NCBI RefSeq assembly: GCF_001194135.2
Contig: NC_068981.1
Location: 111,672,562-111,713,231, forward strand
Length of the DNA stretch: 40,670 nucleotides
DNA from: Octopus bimaculoides
Taxonomy: Eukaryota
Reading direction: 5' to 3'
Shown here: in pieces, positions 36,325-40,670 of the stretch
How positions within the stretch are numbered: the stretch's first letter is position 1
Layout: each line of letters begins with the position of its first letter
Made by a program: the position numbers and the translations under genes
The notes under the pieces: generated by a model
What the model was told of the DNA's origin: nothing
The model's database searches: none
What the model saw: the letters and a program-made list of their open reading frames with translations, nothing else

Positions 36325-36545
36325 TATGTGTTTGTATGTGTGTTTGTCCCCTCACCACCATTGTTTGACACTCAATGCTGGTGTGTTTGCATTTCCGTAA
36401 CTTAACTGTTTGGTAGAAGAGACTGATAGAATAAGCACCAGACTTACAGGGAATAAGTTCAGGGGTCGATTTCTTTCGACTAAAGGGTGGTGCTCCATCA
36501 TGGACACTGTCAAATGACTTAAACAAGTAAAAGAATAAAAGAATA
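36325..36545 (+). mobile_element. SINE family A, 3' half, opposite orientation
   Basis: GGTGGTGCTCCATCATGG..GTCAAATGAC..AAACAAGTAAAAGAATAAAAG tail. Confidence 0.8.
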
Positions 36546-37046
36546 CCAGAAGAACATTATGTACAACTAAGCCAAAAAGGTTCTTTGAATATGTATGATG
36601 TATTTTAAGGCTAAATAGTAATTCTATTTATGTTTGTGTAACCGAGATATTTTGGTTGGACTATATAGTTATCGGTTTTACACTTCTTTCTATATACTGT
36701 AACTGTCACAATATAAAAACATTTCTTCTGGCACCAGTACACAATTTACAAATGCTTACATTTTTTGTTTTCCGTGAACTTTTCTTGGATCCAGCTAGTA
36801 AATGTATTAATGTTTGTATGTATATACGTATGGTTATATGTAGGTATGTATGCATGTGTGAGTGCACATATTTGACTGAATATGTATATGTGGATGTATA
36901 TGCATCAATGTCTGTTGATGTGTGTGTGTGTATATATATATATATATNNNNNNNNNNNNNNNNNNNNNNNNNNNNNNNNNNNNNNNNNNNNNNNNNNNNN
37001 NNNNNNNNNNNNNNNNNNNNNNNNNNNNNNNNNNNNNNNNNNNNNN

Positions 37047-38228
37047 NTTGATTTAATCTTAAAGATTTCACCTTGTTTAAAGTGGAACTCAGAACCCCCC
37101 AAAAGGTGGGGGCAAGTCCCACAGTTAGGTCGACCACATTTTTTCACTTTTGGTTCTGTTGTTAATGGATACAGTCTTGCACTGGTTAATATTTTTTTCA
37201 GTGATTTAGGTTGCATTTTACTTTTGATAATTTTGTGTGAGTCTAAAATTTTGTTCATTGTTTTATCTCTTGTGAGGATGGGAAGATTTTGGATGATAAC
37301 GTTAAAGGCTTCGTTGTTTCTAGGGTTATGTGTGGTGATGTATTTGGAAGTCTGGTTTAGTATTTCGGTTGACTTCCCTTAATGTTTGTAGGTCTATTTC
37401 CTTAGCTCATTTGATTCCATTATTTATTAAAGATATTGGGTAATGTCTCTTGATTAGTATTGATCTGAGTTCAAGGAGTCTTCGTTCACGAGTATCGGGG
37501 TCCGAAACTATGGTACAGATTCTTTTCGCTAGATTATAAGGTATATTAATTTTTATGTGTTTGGGGTGGCATGAGTTAAATAATAGGTATTGTTTAGAAT
37601 CTGTAGGTTTATAGAAGATGTCTGTTTCTATGTGGTTATTGACTATTTTAATTAGGATGTCAAGAAAAGGGAGTAGTTTACTGCTGTGTTCCATAGNNNN
37701 NNNNNNNNNNNNNNNNNNNNNNNNNNNNNNNNNNNNNNNNNNNNNNNNNNNNNNNNNNNTTGCTATTAATATTGTTAAGCATTATTTTGAAATCGAGGAG
37801 TTTGTCCATGCTGTCATTCCAAAGTATAAAGCAATCATCCAAATACCTCTTCCAGTTCTCCTTTAAATAGCAATGAAAAGAGTTGCCATATTTTTGTAAT
37901 GATGAATGATATATATTAAGCTCTAGGTAACCCATTACAAGGTTCGCAATCACTGGCGCAGCTCGGGTTCCCATTGCAATTCCACATTTTTGTCGATAGT
38001 AAGCTGTATCGAACATGAAATAGTTGTTCAGCAGGATGAATATGAGTGCTGCGATTATAAATCTGTGGTTGATGCGCCCTGGGATCTCTTGTGGGTATTT
38101 TTCTAGCCAGAAGGAGATCGCTTCTATACCATAATCATGTGGGATATTGGTGTACAAATCCACCACATCGAATGATACCTTCACTTATTGTCTTCGGGAG
38201 GTGGTTTAGCATATCTAAGTCATCCCTG
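37047..38228 (-). mobile_element. Penelope-like element, 5'-truncated RT/thumb/Cys knuckle
   Basis: RDDLDMLNHLP, SFDVVDLYTNIPHD, GIAMGTRAAP, WKRYLDDCF (YLDD 37834-37845), LPFLDIL, FYKPTDSKQYL, HPKHIK and CGRPNCGTCPHL. Same type as 14400-16575 but less decayed. Both visible ends abut (TA)n or a gap. Confidence 0.92.
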
Positions 38229-39269
38229 TTATATATATATATATATAAGTAATACTTGTACATGATGTGTGGTGAATTTAGGGAAAGAAGTCCCATAAAA
38301 CTCATCAATTTAGTTAAAAAGGGAAAAGACAAGTTGTTAAAATATATAAGAGAATTTTAATTCATGCAGATGATTGTTTCGTACACAGATAAAACAATAA
38401 TGCAAATTCATGTTTGAATTGAATTAAATTAATTTAATTATATATATATCAATGTACTCTTCAGTGGAGAAAGTATAAACAAAATTTACAATGAACTTGA
38501 GAAAAGATATAGCAGAAGAATAGAATCTAAGAGATTCATATTTTTATCCTTATGAGAAAGAGATGTGAGTCAAGTTAGATATTAACTATAACTAAAGGCT
38601 ATAACAGTTATTTGAAAATTTAAGTAAAAAGGTATCAAAGAAATGTTGAATGGAAAGGCACTGCTATATTTGAATTAAGATATGAACTGACAGTTGAAAA
38701 CATTACGTAGTGTGATGTATTTTTAAAAAATTTATACATGGGAATGAAATTAATCTTGAAGAGATAGTGTATAAAGCGTTAACATAGACAAGTATTAGAG
38801 AGGTAAAAAGGCTTAAAGAGAGAATATGATGTATAAGAGGGACTTATGTTTGCATAAAAACTAATATTCATTAGTATGTATTAAATATAAAGCAGAAAAA
38901 AATAAGTAAAAACAGAAAAAATAGTTGTTAATATTACAACTGAAATAGTAAATACTTGCTTTGGCTATAAAGACAAAAGAAGTGATGTTGAAATAGGGAA
39001 TAAATGTGGGAATACAGAAAAATAAATAAATCAATGTAGGGGAGATAAATGAGCTGGGAATGAAAACAGTAAATAAATAAAAAGGTTTATTTTATTTATG
39101 TATTGATGTGTAAGGTTATACAGTAGCTGTGTCTTAGTATAAATAAAAATTTATGAAGCAGTGAAAAACTAGCTTAGAATTATGTGAGAGGGATATGTAA
39201 TGGTAGTAGGGTAGTATTGATATTCAAGTAATGGAAGAGTATTGTCAATTATGAATATATATATATATA

Positions 39270-40210
39270 TCCGTATATATATAAGGCAGGATGTGTGTGT
39301 GTGTACGTGATTGTACTTTATGCACGTCCACAAATTAGCACGCATGTCGCTCCAATTTTAGAAGGAGATTTGTCATGACGCTATCTGCATTTTCGTCAAC
39401 TTTTTCTCTCAGAGGCACCCACGTATAGCTGTAAAAATTGATTAACTTTTACCAATTTTGAAGTTTGTTGACATGGCGAAGTCAAACTGCGTACGCGCGT
39501 GAAGAAGAGAGAGAGAGAAAAAAATACTGTGTTTCTGACAGGGGGGAAATACAGAGTGTTTGCTAGCGTCTAACAAAAAAAAAGTCAATAAAAAGTGGGG
39601 AAGGAAGACAAAGCGTCTAAGGAAAAAAATTTCTCTAACCAAGACAGAGTTTGTTTGCCAGCGTCTAACAAAAAAAAAAAAGGAACGAAAAAGTGGAAGA
39701 GGGAGACAAAACTTCTAACGAAACAAAATGTAGGGAAGGAAGACAGAGTAAGTGTAAAATGCTTTTTTTTTCTTAACATGAGATATAGTTTAAAATATAA
39801 GATGTTTTTGAAAGACACTATATTCTATAATGAGATTATATATACTTTCTCACACAACAATTAAAATATATTTATTTTAAATCGTTCATCTTTCTCCCCC
39901 CTCTTACTCTCACACACATGCACATATACTACTTTGGGAGCGAATGAGTTTTGTTTATATTTCACAACTATGAAACAAAAAGGTATATAACAATTTATCA
40001 GTCACCACCCCCAACCCGTTTTTCGGACCACAAAAAGGGTTTGGTAATTTTTCAGATTAACACCCGCACAATTTCCACTAGGGTGTTACGGTTAGCGTTT
40101 TAGGGTTAGGGTTAGGGTTTTACGGTTAGGGTTAGGGTTAGGGTTAGGATTAGGATTAGGGTTATTATTGTACTAATAATGCATCTGTACACTACGTTAC
40201 GGGTGCAACA
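39270..40210 (+). mobile_element. Possible non-autonomous Helitron-like element
   Basis: A|TC start followed by TATATATAAGG and (GT)n, CpG-rich interior, internal GCGTCTAAC(A)n repeats. No clear hairpin-CTRR end was found. Confidence 0.25.
40086..40164 (+). repeat. Interstitial telomere-like (TTAGGG)n tract
   Basis: Seven perfect TTAGGG units mixed with TTACGG, TTAGCG and TTAGGA variants. Confidence 0.9.
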
Positions 40211-40257
40211 ATTTCCAAATAAGGGACAATGGGACTTATTTCTGCAGTTGCACCTAG

Positions 40258-40670
40258 TGGTGCTATCAACCTATTTTACCTCTTATAATTCCTAATTTAT
40301 CCTTAAAGTTATGGAATAATACTGAAGAAGTACTAAACTGGTTTAAATCTATTGACAACACTGGTAACTTTTCGTTTATTCAATTTGATATAAATAACTA
40401 TTATTCTAGCTTATCCCCTATTCTCCTAAATAAGGCTCTTATTTTTGCTATGAATCGCTCCCTCATTACTAGGGATAAGATAGATATTATTTTGTTAGCT
40501 AGAACTATTATTGAATTTGATAGCAAGCTCTGGACTAGAGCCGATACCCCAGAAAATTTTGATTTACCAATGGAGTTGAGCGATTCGGCTGAAATTACGA
40601 ATCTAGTAGGAACTTACCTCTTATATTGCTTAAATAAAGAAATCCCAGAGCTAAAAGGCAGTCTATATAG
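40258..40670 (+). mobile_element. Penelope-like RT (Hydra-clade-like), frame open to the window end; not in the ORF track
   Basis: Frame 1: LWNNTEEVLNWFKSID..FSFIQFDINNYYSS (motif A), LLNKALIFA, FDLPMELSDSAEITNLVG (motif B') and KGSLY(R) leading toward motif C. Same type as 23480-24250. Confidence 0.82.

Overview
AT-rich metazoan scaffold with several N gaps. The RTE LINE and tRNA-SINE repertoire suggests a coleoid cephalopod, probably Octopus (inference from repeat families). The only host coding sequence recognised is a 46-bp GT-AG exon (23206-23251, +) encoding DQVIEMFNHAYNSYM, which matches the N-terminal GH47 segment of EDEM3, so much of the window is probably intron. The rest is nested transposon debris. 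This includes about eight RTE LINE pieces, a CR1-type 3' end, two tRNA-SINE families and at least six Penelope-like (PLE) fragments of more than one lineage. It also includes a full-length mariner, a full-length Buster-type hAT with an intact 8-bp TSD, a piggyBac, a long-TIR MITE, microsatellites and an interstitial TTAGGG tract. The best leads are: (1) a candidate non-circularly permuted hammerhead ribozyme in a tandem/inverted repeat (32757-32817, with a decayed copy at 33282-33343); (2) a canonical minimal type I hammerhead (11733-11779); (3) a C4HC3 PHD-type finger inserted within the RTE reverse transcriptase; (4) a covarying 3' hairpin shared by the CR1 LINE and SINE copies; (5) an open PLE RT frame at the window end that is missing from the ORF track. 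All homology calls come from motif recognition by eye, and no database searches were run.
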